A stretch of DNA of 64,000 bases, taken from Pedobacter sp. GTDB lineage: Bacteria; Desulfobacterota; Desulfuromonadia; Desulfuromonadales; Syntrophotaleaceae. Location of the stretch: NCBI GenBank assembly GCA_050253415.1, contig JBFWJC010000004.1, forward strand, positions 128,001 to 192,000, read 5' to 3'. Below the pieces are notes generated by a model. It ran no database searches. It saw only the letters and a list, made by a program, of their open reading frames with translations, and was not told the origin of the DNA. The position numbers were made by a program, and so were the translations under genes. Below, in pieces: positions 35,173 through 44,612 of this stretch (the first letter of the stretch is position 1; the number at the start of each line of letters is the position of its first letter).

Positions 35173-35222
35173 CTTACTGCTTTTAACTTACAGCTTAAAA
35201 CTTTATAGCTTACAGCTTTAAC
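35173..35222. repeat. Degenerate heptamer array (CTTACAG-like)
   Basis: cttactg cttttaa cttacag cttaaaa ctttatag cttacag ctttaac, between thiDE and thiC. Confidence 0.6.
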
Positions 35223-35239
35223 GTATGAGAGGTAGATTC

Positions 35240-36529
35240 ATGACCCAACTCGAAATGGCCCGTCAGGGCATCGTCTCCGATAAAATGAAGCAGGCTGCCG
35301 CCGATGCCGGCATTGATGCAGAAATCCTGCGTCAGCGCATTGCCGAAGGTACCGCTATCGTCTGCCACAACAACAGACACACCAACGGTCGCCCCCTGGC
35401 CGTCGGCAAAGGCATGCCCACCCGTGTCAACGCCAACATCGGTACCAGCAAGGACGACACCAGCATCGACAAAGAACTGGAAAAAGCCCGCGTCGCGGTT
35501 GCCGCCGGGGCCGATGCCATTATGGATCTTTCCACAGGCGGGCCCATCGACGAAATCCGCCGTGCCATCATCGCCGAGACCCAGGCCTGTATCGGCAGTG
35601 TGCCCCTCTATCAGGCCGCCTGCGACACGGTGGTAAAAAAAGGCAAGGCCATCGTCGACATGACCGCGGACGAAATTTTCGACGGCATCAAAAAACACCT
35701 CGATGACGGCGTCGACTTCATCACCGTGCACTGCGGCGTCACCCGTGCTACCGTGGAGCGTATGGACAACGAAGGGCGCATCATGGAGGTTGTCTCCCGA
35801 GGCGGCTCCTTCACCGTCGCCTGGATGGCCCACAACCAGGCGGAAAACCCCCTATACGAACACTTCGACCGCCTGCTGGAAATGGTCAAGCCCTACGACG
35901 CCACCCTGTCCCTGGGTGACGGCTTCCGCCCCGGCTGTCTGGCCGATGCCACCGACCGCGCCCAGATCCACGAACTGATCATCCTCGGAGAACTGACCCA
36001 GCGCGCCTGGGACGCCGGCATCCAGGTCATGATCGAAGGCCCGGGCCATGTCCCGCTGAACCAGATCGAGGCCAATATCCAGCTGCAAAAACGCCTCTGC
36101 CACGGTGCCCCTTTCTACGTACTCGGCCCCCTGGTCACCGATATCGCTCCCGGCTACGACCACATCACCTGTGCCATCGGCGGCGCCATTGCCGCCAGTG
36201 CCGGCGCCGATTTCCTTTGCTATGTCACCCCCAGCGAACACCTGTGCCTGCCCACCGCACAAGATGTACACGATGGCGTCATGGCCACCCGCATCGCCGC
36301 CCATGCTGCCGACATCGTCAAGGGCCTGCCAGGTGCTATGGAAAAAGACATCGCCATGAGCAAGGCCCGCAAGGCCCTCGACTGGGAAACCCAGTACTGC
36401 CTGGCCATCGACCCCGCCCTGGCCCGCAAACGGCGCGGCGAGTCAGGAGTGGACGAGGACCACGGTGCCTGCACCATGTGCGGCGAGTTCTGCGCTTACA
36501 AGGTGATGGACGAGCGCAAGAAGAAATAA
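35240..36529 (+). CDS. thiC: Phosphomethylpyrimidine synthase ThiC
   Basis: NANIGTS, MDLSTGG, SRGGS, EGPGH, YVTPSEHL and CTMCGEFC motifs. The TPP-riboswitch/thiDE context favours ThiC over the Bza paralogs. Confidence 0.92.
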   Translation: MTQLEMARQGIVSDKMKQAAADAGIDAEILRQRIAEGTAIVCHNNRHTNGRPLAVGKGMPTRVNANIGTSKDDTSIDKELEKARVAVAAGADAIMDLSTGGPIDEIRRAIIAETQACIGSVPLYQAACDTVVKKGKAIVDMTADEIFDGIKKHLDDGVDFITVHCGVTRATVERMDNEGRIMEVVSRGGSFTVAWMAHNQAENPLYEHFDRLLEMVKPYDATLSLGDGFRPGCLADATDRAQIHELIILGELTQRAWDAGIQVMIEGPGHVPLNQIEANIQLQKRLCHGAPFYVLGPLVTDIAPGYDHITCAIGGAIAASAGADFLCYVTPSEHLCLPTAQDVHDGVMATRIAAHAADIVKGLPGAMEKDIAMSKARKALDWETQYCLAIDPALARKRRGESGVDEDHGACTMCGEFCAYKVMDERKKK

Positions 36530-36602
36530 TAAAGGCGACGGGAAAGCCCTGAGGATAGACTCAACCGCCTATCTCGCCCCATTAGAAACCTGCCCACTAT
36601 GG

Positions 36603-36643
36603 AAAAGAGCCTCGAAGTCAACAAGACTTGAGGCTCTTTTTTT
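36603..36643. terminator. Intrinsic terminator between convergent thiC and the pagL-like gene
   Basis: AAAAGAGCCTC...GAGGCTCTTTTTTT. Confidence 0.85.
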
Positions 36644-36723
36644 CAAGACTTTCAACCTATGCCTCAAACTGTTATGGGGACAAGACGGCAGTCCCGGACA
36701 ACATTGTGCATTCAGAATTTTTT

Positions 36724-37263
36724 TCAGAAAGGCCAAGCGAAAGTTAGCAGAAAATCTTCCGCACCCGGGTTTTTATCGTGCATATCGGCATTGGAGATAT
36801 GCGCGATTTGCAGTCCGAGACGGGCGCGGTTGGCAAACTGCCAGGACAGACCGAGAACTGAACGAAACTCGAGAGTGCCGCCGAGATCCTTACCGTCCCC
36901 CTCTTCATACCCTCCCATTGAAAGCATGGGGGTAATAACAAGATTTTTGTAAACGATATCGGCATACAGACCGCCGTAACCGAACCAGCCGCCATCGGTA
37001 GTGGCAAGCAGACCAACGGCTGGCCCGACAAAACCCAGTTTTTTACCGACACGCAGCTCCAGGCGTGCCGCGCCTACTGCGCTCCCATGGTTATTTTCGG
37101 TGGCATCGAAGACCCCCAGCCCCAGATCGAGGTAATGGGATTCGGCGCCAAGAAGCTGCCAGTTGCCAACTTGATAGAAGGCTGTCGGTGGCACACCACC
37201 AGCGTTAGCCCGGTACGGCAGACCGATAAGAATCAAAAACAGCATCAGGTAGAACAACTTCAT
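36724..37263 (-). CDS. Outer-membrane acyloxyacyl hydrolase / PagL-like lipid A 3-O-deacylase
   Basis: Signal peptide, alternating beta-strand pattern, DLGGTLEF, HISNA catalytic motif, NPG and terminal Phe. Confidence 0.8.
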   Translation of the reverse strand: MKLFYLMLFLILIGLPYRANAGGVPPTAFYQVGNWQLLGAESHYLDLGLGVFDATENNHGSAVGAARLELRVGKKLGFVGPAVGLLATTDGGWFGYGGLYADIVYKNLVITPMLSMGGYEEGDGKDLGGTLEFRSVLGLSWQFANRARLGLQIAHISNADMHDKNPGAEDFLLTFAWPF

Positions 37264-37498
37264 ATCGACCTCCTCTGGCTCCATGTCGAACATCATTCAG
37301 ACTTGAAGAATATCGATTTTCTCGCATAGCACAAGTCGTGCATACTTCATCCACTGCCGGTTCCAGGCCTAAGCGCCTGCCCCGCGGCATGATAAGATAA
37401 ATCAAAATGGTGACCAGTTCATCCCGCTATACCTTCTTTATGCAGCCGGCTGGATATGGACACACAAGTCTCTACTGTTTGAAGGGGCTTCCCGAGTC

Positions 37499-39016
37499 AT
37501 GACACATAACGATACCAAACCAATTCTTGTGGCTGGAGCGACAGGCTATATCGGCGGCAGATTGGTGCCACGCCTGCTGAAGTCCGGCTATCGGATCCGG
37601 GCCATCTGCCGTACTCCGGCCAAACTTCTGAGTCGCCCCTGGGCTACACATCCGGATCTGGAAGTTTGGCCGGCCGACCTGCTCGATCAAAAGATGCTCA
37701 TGCAGGCGGCAACAGGCTGCCGGGCGGCGTATTATCTGGTCCATTCCATGGGACCTATGGTAGCCGACTTTGCCGCAACCGACCGGAAGGCCGCCGCAAA
37801 TTTTGCCGCCGCTGCGGCAGCGGCGGACCTTGAGAAAATTATCTACCTCGGCGGCCTGGGCGATGAAGAACAAGGCTTGAGCCCCCATTTGCGCTCCCGG
37901 GCTGAAGTGGCCAGGGTTTTGCGGTTGGGCCGGGTACCCGTGACGGTGCTGCGTGCGGCAGTAATCATAGGCTCAGGCAGCGCATCCTTTGAGATCCTGC
38001 GCTATCTGGTAGAACGCCTGCCGGTGATGGTCACCCCCCGCTGGGTCCAAACCCCGTGTCAGCCCATTGCCATCCGCAACGTGCTGCATTATCTGATCGG
38101 TTGCCTGGAAAACCAAGCTACCCGTGGAGAAACGTTCGATATTGGCCAGGAGGAGGTCGTTACCTATCGGCGACTCATGGAGATCTATGCCGAAAAAGCC
38201 GGTCTGAGAAAGCGGTGGATTATCCCGGTGCCGCTGCTGACGCCGCGACTGAGTTCTTACTGGATATCATTGGTCACCCCGGTGCCGTCCGAGCTGGCCC
38301 GTCCGCTGACCGAAGGGCTGCGCAATCCGGTGGTCTGCCACGACTTCAGGATACGTGAAATGCTACCGCAGCGGCTTCTCAACAGCCGCGAGGCCATTGC
38401 GCTGGCTCTGGAGCGAACCCAACATTTCCAGGTCGAAACCTCCTGGAGCGACGCCGGCCTCGTGCCGCTGGCCGAATGGCGCATGGCGGGTGATCCGCAA
38501 TGGGCGGGTGGCACCGAATACCGGGACTGCTGGCGGATCGTATTGGAGGCCTGTGCCGACGAAACGTGGCAGGCGGTCGCAAGCATAGGCGGAGCGACCG
38601 GTTGGTACCACGCCAACTGGCTCTGGCGCCTACGCGGCTTTTTGGATCGACTGGTGGGCGGCATCGGCCTGCAGCGCGGGCGGCGTGGCCCCGTCGAGCT
38701 CTACCCGGGAGATGCTCTCGATTTCTGGCGGGTCTGTCAGGTGGAGAGACCTCACTACCTGCAACTGGCTGCAGAGATGAAGTTGCCGGGGCAGGCTTTG
38801 CTTGAATTCCACATCAGGGAATACACCCCGAAACAGACCGAATTATTGCTCACCGCCCGGTTCCTGCCTCGCGGCCTGTTGGGTCCCCTGTATTGGCGGG
38901 CGGTCATGCCTCTGCATCGCTATGTTTTTAACGGTATGTTACGCGGCATCGCCAGGCGCTTGCAAAAGAAAACCCTGCGGGGTCCGAAACGGATAAGACC
39001 AGCGTCCGGGTCATAA
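37499..39016 (+). CDS. Atypical SDR oxidoreductase with C-terminal DUF2867-like domain (YbjT-like)
   Basis: GATGYIG, YYLVHSM, GSGSASFE, GDALDFWRV and AEMKLPG motifs. Confidence 0.85.
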   Translation: MTHNDTKPILVAGATGYIGGRLVPRLLKSGYRIRAICRTPAKLLSRPWATHPDLEVWPADLLDQKMLMQAATGCRAAYYLVHSMGPMVADFAATDRKAAANFAAAAAAADLEKIIYLGGLGDEEQGLSPHLRSRAEVARVLRLGRVPVTVLRAAVIIGSGSASFEILRYLVERLPVMVTPRWVQTPCQPIAIRNVLHYLIGCLENQATRGETFDIGQEEVVTYRRLMEIYAEKAGLRKRWIIPVPLLTPRLSSYWISLVTPVPSELARPLTEGLRNPVVCHDFRIREMLPQRLLNSREAIALALERTQHFQVETSWSDAGLVPLAEWRMAGDPQWAGGTEYRDCWRIVLEACADETWQAVASIGGATGWYHANWLWRLRGFLDRLVGGIGLQRGRRGPVELYPGDALDFWRVCQVERPHYLQLAAEMKLPGQALLEFHIREYTPKQTELLLTARFLPRGLLGPLYWRAVMPLHRYVFNGMLRGIARRLQKKTLRGPKRIRPASGS

Positions 39017-39136
39017 TGAGTGAAGAGGCATGCGATAAAAAATTTATACGCCGGAAGGGAGGGCATCCTGCCTGCTCACCAAGGCAAAAATAAAAGAACC
39101 AATCCATTCATCTTGGCTGACATCTTAGTCAAAGGG

Positions 39137-40591
39137 TCATATCCGACACGGTGTTTCAGCTTGTTTCTCATACCGGGCATCGGACTGCAGCATCGAATCT
39201 TCTCCGGAAAAGGACCTCGCAACGGCATCAAATTCGTCCGCCTGGGCTAGAAAAGCATCGACGATATGGGGATCGAAATGGCTCCCTTTTTCCCGACAGA
39301 TCTCCTCGATGGAAAAAGCGTGGGAACGTGCTTTTTTGTAAGGCCGCTTACTGCGCAAGGCATCATAGACATCCGCCAAAGCCACCACTCGGGCGGACAG
39401 GGGGATGTTTTCCCCGACCAACCCGTAAGGATACCCGCTTCCATCCCATTTTTCATGATGAAACAACGCGATATCCCTGGCAAAGGCCAGGTAACTGTCC
39501 TTCCCGAATTCATCCACAAAGACATTATTGGCTTTCGCAAGAACATTCCCGGCAACGACCGTATGCGTTTTGACCTCATCGAATTCTTCCGGGGTCAAAC
39601 GGCCCGGTTTCAGCAAAACATTTCTGTCAACGGCGACCTTTCCTATATCGTGCAGAATCGACGCCAACTGAATATTATTAGCATAATCGGTTTTTTTTCG
39701 AATATACGACGCATAGGGTGAAGAACTTTCAAGCTGCCGCAACAGCAATCCAACATATTCCTGAATCCGGGCAAGGTGGGATCCCGTGTCGTGATCGAAG
39801 TTTTCAGCCAGGACCGCCAATGCCTCGATAGAAGTTTTTTGCGTAACCTTTATTTCAGAAGTCTGTGCAAAGACCTTATCCTCCAGGAGGTAATTAACTT
39901 CCTGGAGTTTCTTTTCCGCTTGCAGCTTTTTAACGATCGACGCACTGGCCTTAAAAATCATAATTAAGACAAAAACAAATAACAAACTGGACAAACTGTA
40001 AAGAATCCGTGATGAGTGTCTCAGGATTTTATCAAGTCCTTGTTTTCTTTCCGTAATGTCGTAGTAAATCTCAAGAGCGCCCTCAAAAGAAGAGTTGTTC
40101 ATGATCGGCACATAAACCTCGGCGACATCCCGTTTAAAAATCTGCCCTTCGGCCGTTGCACGATTTTTTTCTACGATTTTCGAAAAGACGGAACCTTTTG
40201 CAACAATCTCCCAAAAGTAACTATGTGTATTTGTTTCGCCAACTTCAGTATTCTCGGTGCTATAGATAATGGTCCCCGTTCTGGAAAAGATCTTTAACTT
40301 TTCCAACCCGAAATCCCTGCCCATCTGTTTTAGCTCCTCTATCTGAATGCTATCCAAAAGTTCTGCGGATATATTGGGCGAATGACCAAGAAAGGAAGTT
40401 TTGAAATGAGCAGCAGTTCTGCAAGCTTCGTTTTCCGTATTTTGCATCAACTGGTTAAAAAAAAGCGGCATGATCTGATAGGTACTATAGGTAGGCAACA
40501 AGATGGCAATAAGCAGACAACCAAACAGCACATTGCGCAATGTTGGTGTCCTTAATACATTTTTGACAACTTGAAAGACTTTTTGGCTCAT
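39137..40591 (-). CDS. Membrane-bound HD-GYP cyclic-dinucleotide phosphodiesterase
   Basis: Two TM helices flanking a periplasmic domain; HDIGK, HHEKWDGSGYP and ADVYDAL..RPYK motifs. Confidence 0.9.
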   Translation of the reverse strand: MSQKVFQVVKNVLRTPTLRNVLFGCLLIAILLPTYSTYQIMPLFFNQLMQNTENEACRTAAHFKTSFLGHSPNISAELLDSIQIEELKQMGRDFGLEKLKIFSRTGTIIYSTENTEVGETNTHSYFWEIVAKGSVFSKIVEKNRATAEGQIFKRDVAEVYVPIMNNSSFEGALEIYYDITERKQGLDKILRHSSRILYSLSSLLFVFVLIMIFKASASIVKKLQAEKKLQEVNYLLEDKVFAQTSEIKVTQKTSIEALAVLAENFDHDTGSHLARIQEYVGLLLRQLESSSPYASYIRKKTDYANNIQLASILHDIGKVAVDRNVLLKPGRLTPEEFDEVKTHTVVAGNVLAKANNVFVDEFGKDSYLAFARDIALFHHEKWDGSGYPYGLVGENIPLSARVVALADVYDALRSKRPYKKARSHAFSIEEICREKGSHFDPHIVDAFLAQADEFDAVARSFSGEDSMLQSDARYEKQAETPCRI

Positions 40592-40794
40592 AATCTACCT
40601 GAACAAAAGGGACCTTTCTCAATGTTTCATCAAGTCAAAGTAAATCATTATTTCAGAAGTTTCAATAATTCCCTCAAATGATTAAACAAAACAAACAAAA
40701 CAACATACTACTTGCGCGCAGCATCGTTACCACCAAAACCCGGATCGAATACACCAACAACCCACCTCAGGGACAGAATAAAAGCATGAACAAC

Positions 40795-40828
40795 TTGTCT
40801 TGACAACCTAACAACCTACGCCTAGAAT
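40795..40828 (+). promoter_or_regulatory. sigma70 promoter with overlapping palindromic operator (candidate GntR site)
   Basis: TTGACA (40800-40805), 17-nt spacer, TAGAAT (40823-40828). Palindrome TTGTC-TT-GACAA (40795-40806) covers the -35 box. Confidence 0.75.
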
Positions 40829-40855
40829 AGGCAGACCACAATGGAGGCTCGTTGC

Positions 40856-41587
40856 ATGCTCAACCCCGAATCCCCCATCCCCCTGTACCACCAACTTGCC
40901 GAACAGCTCAGCGAACAGATTCGCAACGGCGAACTGACGCCGGGTGCCCGCATCCCGTCGGAACACCAGCTAGTCGCCAAGTACGGCATCGGGCGGCCGA
41001 CGGTACGCCAGGCGCTCGATTCGTTGGTGCGCCAGGGTTTGCTATGTCGGCGGCGCGGTTCAGGAACATTTGTCTGCGAACCGGTGCAGGAAATCGATCT
41101 GTTTTCCCTGGACGGTACCAGGGCGGCATTTCATAAAAAGGGCCTGATGGCCGACACCTGCATCCGCGCAGCCATTCAGCTTAAACTGGTCGAGGACACA
41201 CAGGACAACCCCTTTAGCGGCCGTCAGGCCTATTTCCTATCACGACTGACCAGCCTCGACGGCAAACCGGTACTGTTGGAGGATCTGTATCTGCATCCTC
41301 AGCTGTTTGCCGGCATCGACAAACTGGATCTGACTGACGGTTCCTTGTCGCGCATCGCAGCGGAGCATTTTCTGCTGCGCCCGCAAGGGGGCAAACAGAG
41401 CTTTCGCATTGGTTACCTGGACGCAAGCCGGGCCCGCTGCCTTGAGGTCTCACCAACCACCCCGCTTCTGCAGGTCGAACGGCGCCTCGATTTCGCCGCC
41501 GGCCGCGACGGTTTTTTTTCGCGACTGTTCTGCCGAACCGAACACGTCGTCTTCTCACAACACATGGGAGCATCCGACCATGGATAA
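40856..41587 (+). CDS. GntR family regulator, HutC/UTRA subfamily
   Basis: PLYHQL, IPSEHQL, RPTVRQAL and RGSGTFV wHTH motifs plus a UTRA-like C-domain. Confidence 0.9.
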   Translation: MLNPESPIPLYHQLAEQLSEQIRNGELTPGARIPSEHQLVAKYGIGRPTVRQALDSLVRQGLLCRRRGSGTFVCEPVQEIDLFSLDGTRAAFHKKGLMADTCIRAAIQLKLVEDTQDNPFSGRQAYFLSRLTSLDGKPVLLEDLYLHPQLFAGIDKLDLTDGSLSRIAAEHFLLRPQGGKQSFRIGYLDASRARCLEVSPTTPLLQVERRLDFAAGRDGFFSRLFCRTEHVVFSQHMGASDHG

Positions 41588-42806
41588 ACGCGGTTATTTT
41601 TCTGGATTCGGCGGTTGTTTCATCCCCGAGATCCTCACCCAGACCTTTGAAGAGCTGATTCAGGCCTACGAAGCGGCCAAGGCCGACCCGAGCTTCTGGC
41701 AGGAATATCTCGATGTCATGTCGACCTACTCGTGCCGCCCTACCCCGCTGACCTTTGCCGAAAACCTGACCAACCATTTCGGCGGAGCGCGCATCTACAT
41801 CAAGCGCGAAGACCTCAATCATACCGGGGCTCACAAGGCCAATAACGTCATGGGACAGGGACTGCTGGTCAAACGCATGGGCAAGACCCGCGTGATTGCC
41901 GAAACCGGTGCCGGCCAGCATGGCGTGGCCACCGCCACCATGGCGGCACGCATGGGTTTCGACTGTACGATCTACATGGGGGAGGAGGACGTCGAGCGCC
42001 AGCGCCCCAACGTCTTCTGGATGGAGCGCCTCGGCGCCACGGTAGTGTCGGTACGCGACGGCTCACGGACCCTCAAGGACGCCATCAATGAGGCTTTTCG
42101 CGACTGGGTATCCAATATGGATACCACTCACTATGTGCTCGGCACCGCCTGCGGCCCGCATCCTTTTCCGGAAATGGTCGCCTGGTTCCAGTCCATCATC
42201 GGCACCGAAGCGCGCAAACAGATTCTCGAGCGCGAAGGGAGCCTGCCGAAACGCGTCTATGCCTGCGTTGGCGGCGGCTCCAACGCCATGGGTTTGTTTT
42301 CCGGCTTCATGGATGATCCGGTGGAACTGGTCGGGGTCGAGGCCGGCGGCAAGGGTCTCGATAGCGGTCTGCACGCTGCGCGCCTGAGTTCCAGGGATGC
42401 CAGCGTTGGCGTCGCCCAGGGTTACAAAACCTATTTCCTGCAGGATAACGATGGTCAGATGCGCGACACCCACAGCATATCAGCGGGTCTTGACTACGTC
42501 GGGGTCTCTCCCATTCTGGCGCATCTGCAGGCCATCGGCCGGGCCCGCTTCGAAGCGGCCACCGACACCGAGGTCCTCGAAGCAGTGACGCTGACCATGC
42601 GCAAGGAAGGCCTGATCCCGGCCCTGGAATCGTCCCACGCCTTTGCCCAGGCCTTCAAGGAAGCGCCGACTCTATCGAAGGACGACATCGTCATCATCAA
42701 CCAGTCCGGTCGCGGCGATAAAGACATTTTTACCGTTGCCGACGCCTTTAACGACCCGGCCTGGAAGGAATTCATCAAACACAAGGCGGAGCAATATCAT
42801 GCTTGA
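41580..42806 (+). CDS. trpB: Tryptophan synthase beta chain
   Basis: KREDLNHTGAHK (PLP Lys), AETGAGQHG, GGGSN, SAGLDY, ALESSHA and SGRGDKD motifs. Start at MDKRG. Confidence 0.95.
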   Translation: MDKRGYFSGFGGCFIPEILTQTFEELIQAYEAAKADPSFWQEYLDVMSTYSCRPTPLTFAENLTNHFGGARIYIKREDLNHTGAHKANNVMGQGLLVKRMGKTRVIAETGAGQHGVATATMAARMGFDCTIYMGEEDVERQRPNVFWMERLGATVVSVRDGSRTLKDAINEAFRDWVSNMDTTHYVLGTACGPHPFPEMVAWFQSIIGTEARKQILEREGSLPKRVYACVGGGSNAMGLFSGFMDDPVELVGVEAGGKGLDSGLHAARLSSRDASVGVAQGYKTYFLQDNDGQMRDTHSISAGLDYVGVSPILAHLQAIGRARFEAATDTEVLEAVTLTMRKEGLIPALESSHAFAQAFKEAPTLSKDDIVIINQSGRGDKDIFTVADAFNDPAWKEFIKHKAEQYHA

Positions 42807-43560
42807 GTCGACCATCCGCAAGAAACTGGCCCAGAAGGATATTCTGCTGATGACCCATATCGTCATCGGCTACCCGGACCTTGAGACCTCTTTCGAGGTG
42901 GTCCGCACCATGGTGGAAGCCGGGGTCGACCTGATGGAGTTGCAGATCCCCTTTTCGGAACCGATGGCCGATGGCTCGGTCATCCTCAAAGCGAACCAGG
43001 ATGCCCTGGCCACCGGCATCACTGTCGACCAGTGCTTCGATTTCGCTCAGAAGGTCGCCGCTACCTACGACATCCCGTTTCTGTTCATGACCTACTACAA
43101 CATCCTGTTCAAGTACGGGGTTGAGGCGTTTGCCGAGCGCATGGCCAAATGCGGTCTGTGCGGAGCCATCGTACCCGACCTGCCGCCGGAAGAAGCCGAT
43201 GATTACCTGGCGGCCATGAACAAACACGGTCTGTCGCCGATCTTTATCTTTGCCCCCAACACCGGGGAGGCGCGCATGCGCCAGATCGCCGCACATGGCA
43301 GCGGTTTTATCTATTGTATGGCACGCAAGGGCGTCACCGGTCTGCAAACCGACTTCTCCCAGCAACTCGGTGGGCACCTGGCGCATTGCCGCGCTTCGAC
43401 GAATTTGCCGCTGGCGTTGGGATTCGGCGTCAAGGATCACGCTGATGTCCAATTCATCAAGGGTAAGGCCGATATCGCCGTAGTCGGCTCTGAAGCTATC
43501 CGGGTGTTGGATCACCAGGGAATAGCAGCGGTCGGTGAATTTATTCGCAAGCTGCGCTAA
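42799..43560 (+). CDS. trpA: Tryptophan synthase alpha chain
   Basis: ELQIPFSEPMADG, MTYYN, PDLPPEE, GVTG and GFGV motifs. Start at MLESTI. Confidence 0.93.
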   Translation: MLESTIRKKLAQKDILLMTHIVIGYPDLETSFEVVRTMVEAGVDLMELQIPFSEPMADGSVILKANQDALATGITVDQCFDFAQKVAATYDIPFLFMTYYNILFKYGVEAFAERMAKCGLCGAIVPDLPPEEADDYLAAMNKHGLSPIFIFAPNTGEARMRQIAAHGSGFIYCMARKGVTGLQTDFSQQLGGHLAHCRASTNLPLALGFGVKDHADVQFIKGKADIAVVGSEAIRVLDHQGIAAVGEFIRKLR

Positions 43561-43786
43561 ACAGCAGAATCCGGGGCGTCAGGCGGCGCCCCGGATAAAA
43601 AAAGTCGTCCCCGCTTTATATTTTTGTCCGGTTTCTGTTGCTTTTAAACACCATCCATGTTTATCATTGTTCACAAGTGTTGTTTTGTTATCAAGATATC
43701 TACCCCCCCTCGCTTGCCGTCGTCAAGCGAGACTTATCTCATGCCTGAGCGGCGCGAGGAACTGTTCACAAAAAGGGAAAGCAGCA

Positions 43787-44404
43787 ATGGTTAAGGGGAT
43801 TATTTTCGATTGCGATGGCGTATTATTCGACAGCCTGCAAGCCAATGTGGCATTTTACAGTACCGCACTGCAGCAGTTAGGCCTGCCACCCATCGATAAT
43901 GACGATCGGGAAAAGATACATCTGTGTCATACGGTAACCACGCCGGAACTGTTCGAGGCAATCCTTGGGCCGGAACGACTGGAAGAAGCCCTACAGGTTT
44001 CACGCAGCATCGACTACACGCAGTTTATTCCCCTGATGACACCCGAACCGGGTATCCTGCAAACACTCGCGGAACTCTCCACACGTATGCCGCTGGCGGT
44101 GGCAACCAATCGCGGTGGCAGTATGCACGACATCAGCCGGCATTACGAGCTGGAGCGCTACTTCAAGGTCATTCTCACCTGCAAGGATGTCAAGCGCGGC
44201 AAACCGCATCCCGACATGCTGCTATTGGCCTCTGAAAAGCTTGCTATCGATCCGAGTGAATTGCTGTTCATCGGAGATATGGATGTCGATCAAGAAGCGG
44301 CTCACCGCGCCAACATTCGTTTTGTAGGGTACCGGGGCGATTTCCCCAAAGCCATCAACATCAACAGTCATGCGCAATTGCTCGGCCTGATCGACCAGCT
44401 TTAA
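43787..44404 (+). CDS. HAD-superfamily hydrolase (phosphoglycolate phosphatase-like)
   Basis: FDCDGVL, ATN, KPHPD and IGD..D motifs. Confidence 0.9.
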   Translation: MVKGIIFDCDGVLFDSLQANVAFYSTALQQLGLPPIDNDDREKIHLCHTVTTPELFEAILGPERLEEALQVSRSIDYTQFIPLMTPEPGILQTLAELSTRMPLAVATNRGGSMHDISRHYELERYFKVILTCKDVKRGKPHPDMLLLASEKLAIDPSELLFIGDMDVDQEAAHRANIRFVGYRGDFPKAININSHAQLLGLIDQL

Positions 44405-44612
44405 ATCCACGCCTTACGCTTTTTGCCTGGTAAGAGCATCTTGCCTATCAGGAGAATACCCTCATTTGTCCATTGACATAACCTGCAGCATCATCCTATC
44501 TTGCCATATCAAGGCTGCAGGCAACCTGTCACAGTGGTCTACGTCCAGCCCTTCAAGATGATCCTTCTACCTCCATAATTTATTCCGTTCACCTCGATCC
44601 CACGCAGGCGCT

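Noticed and set aside
35240..36529. Alternative call as BzaA/B/F (benzimidazole synthase)
   Set aside because: It lies behind a TPP riboswitch and thiDE rather than cobalamin genes, so ThiC is more parsimonious.
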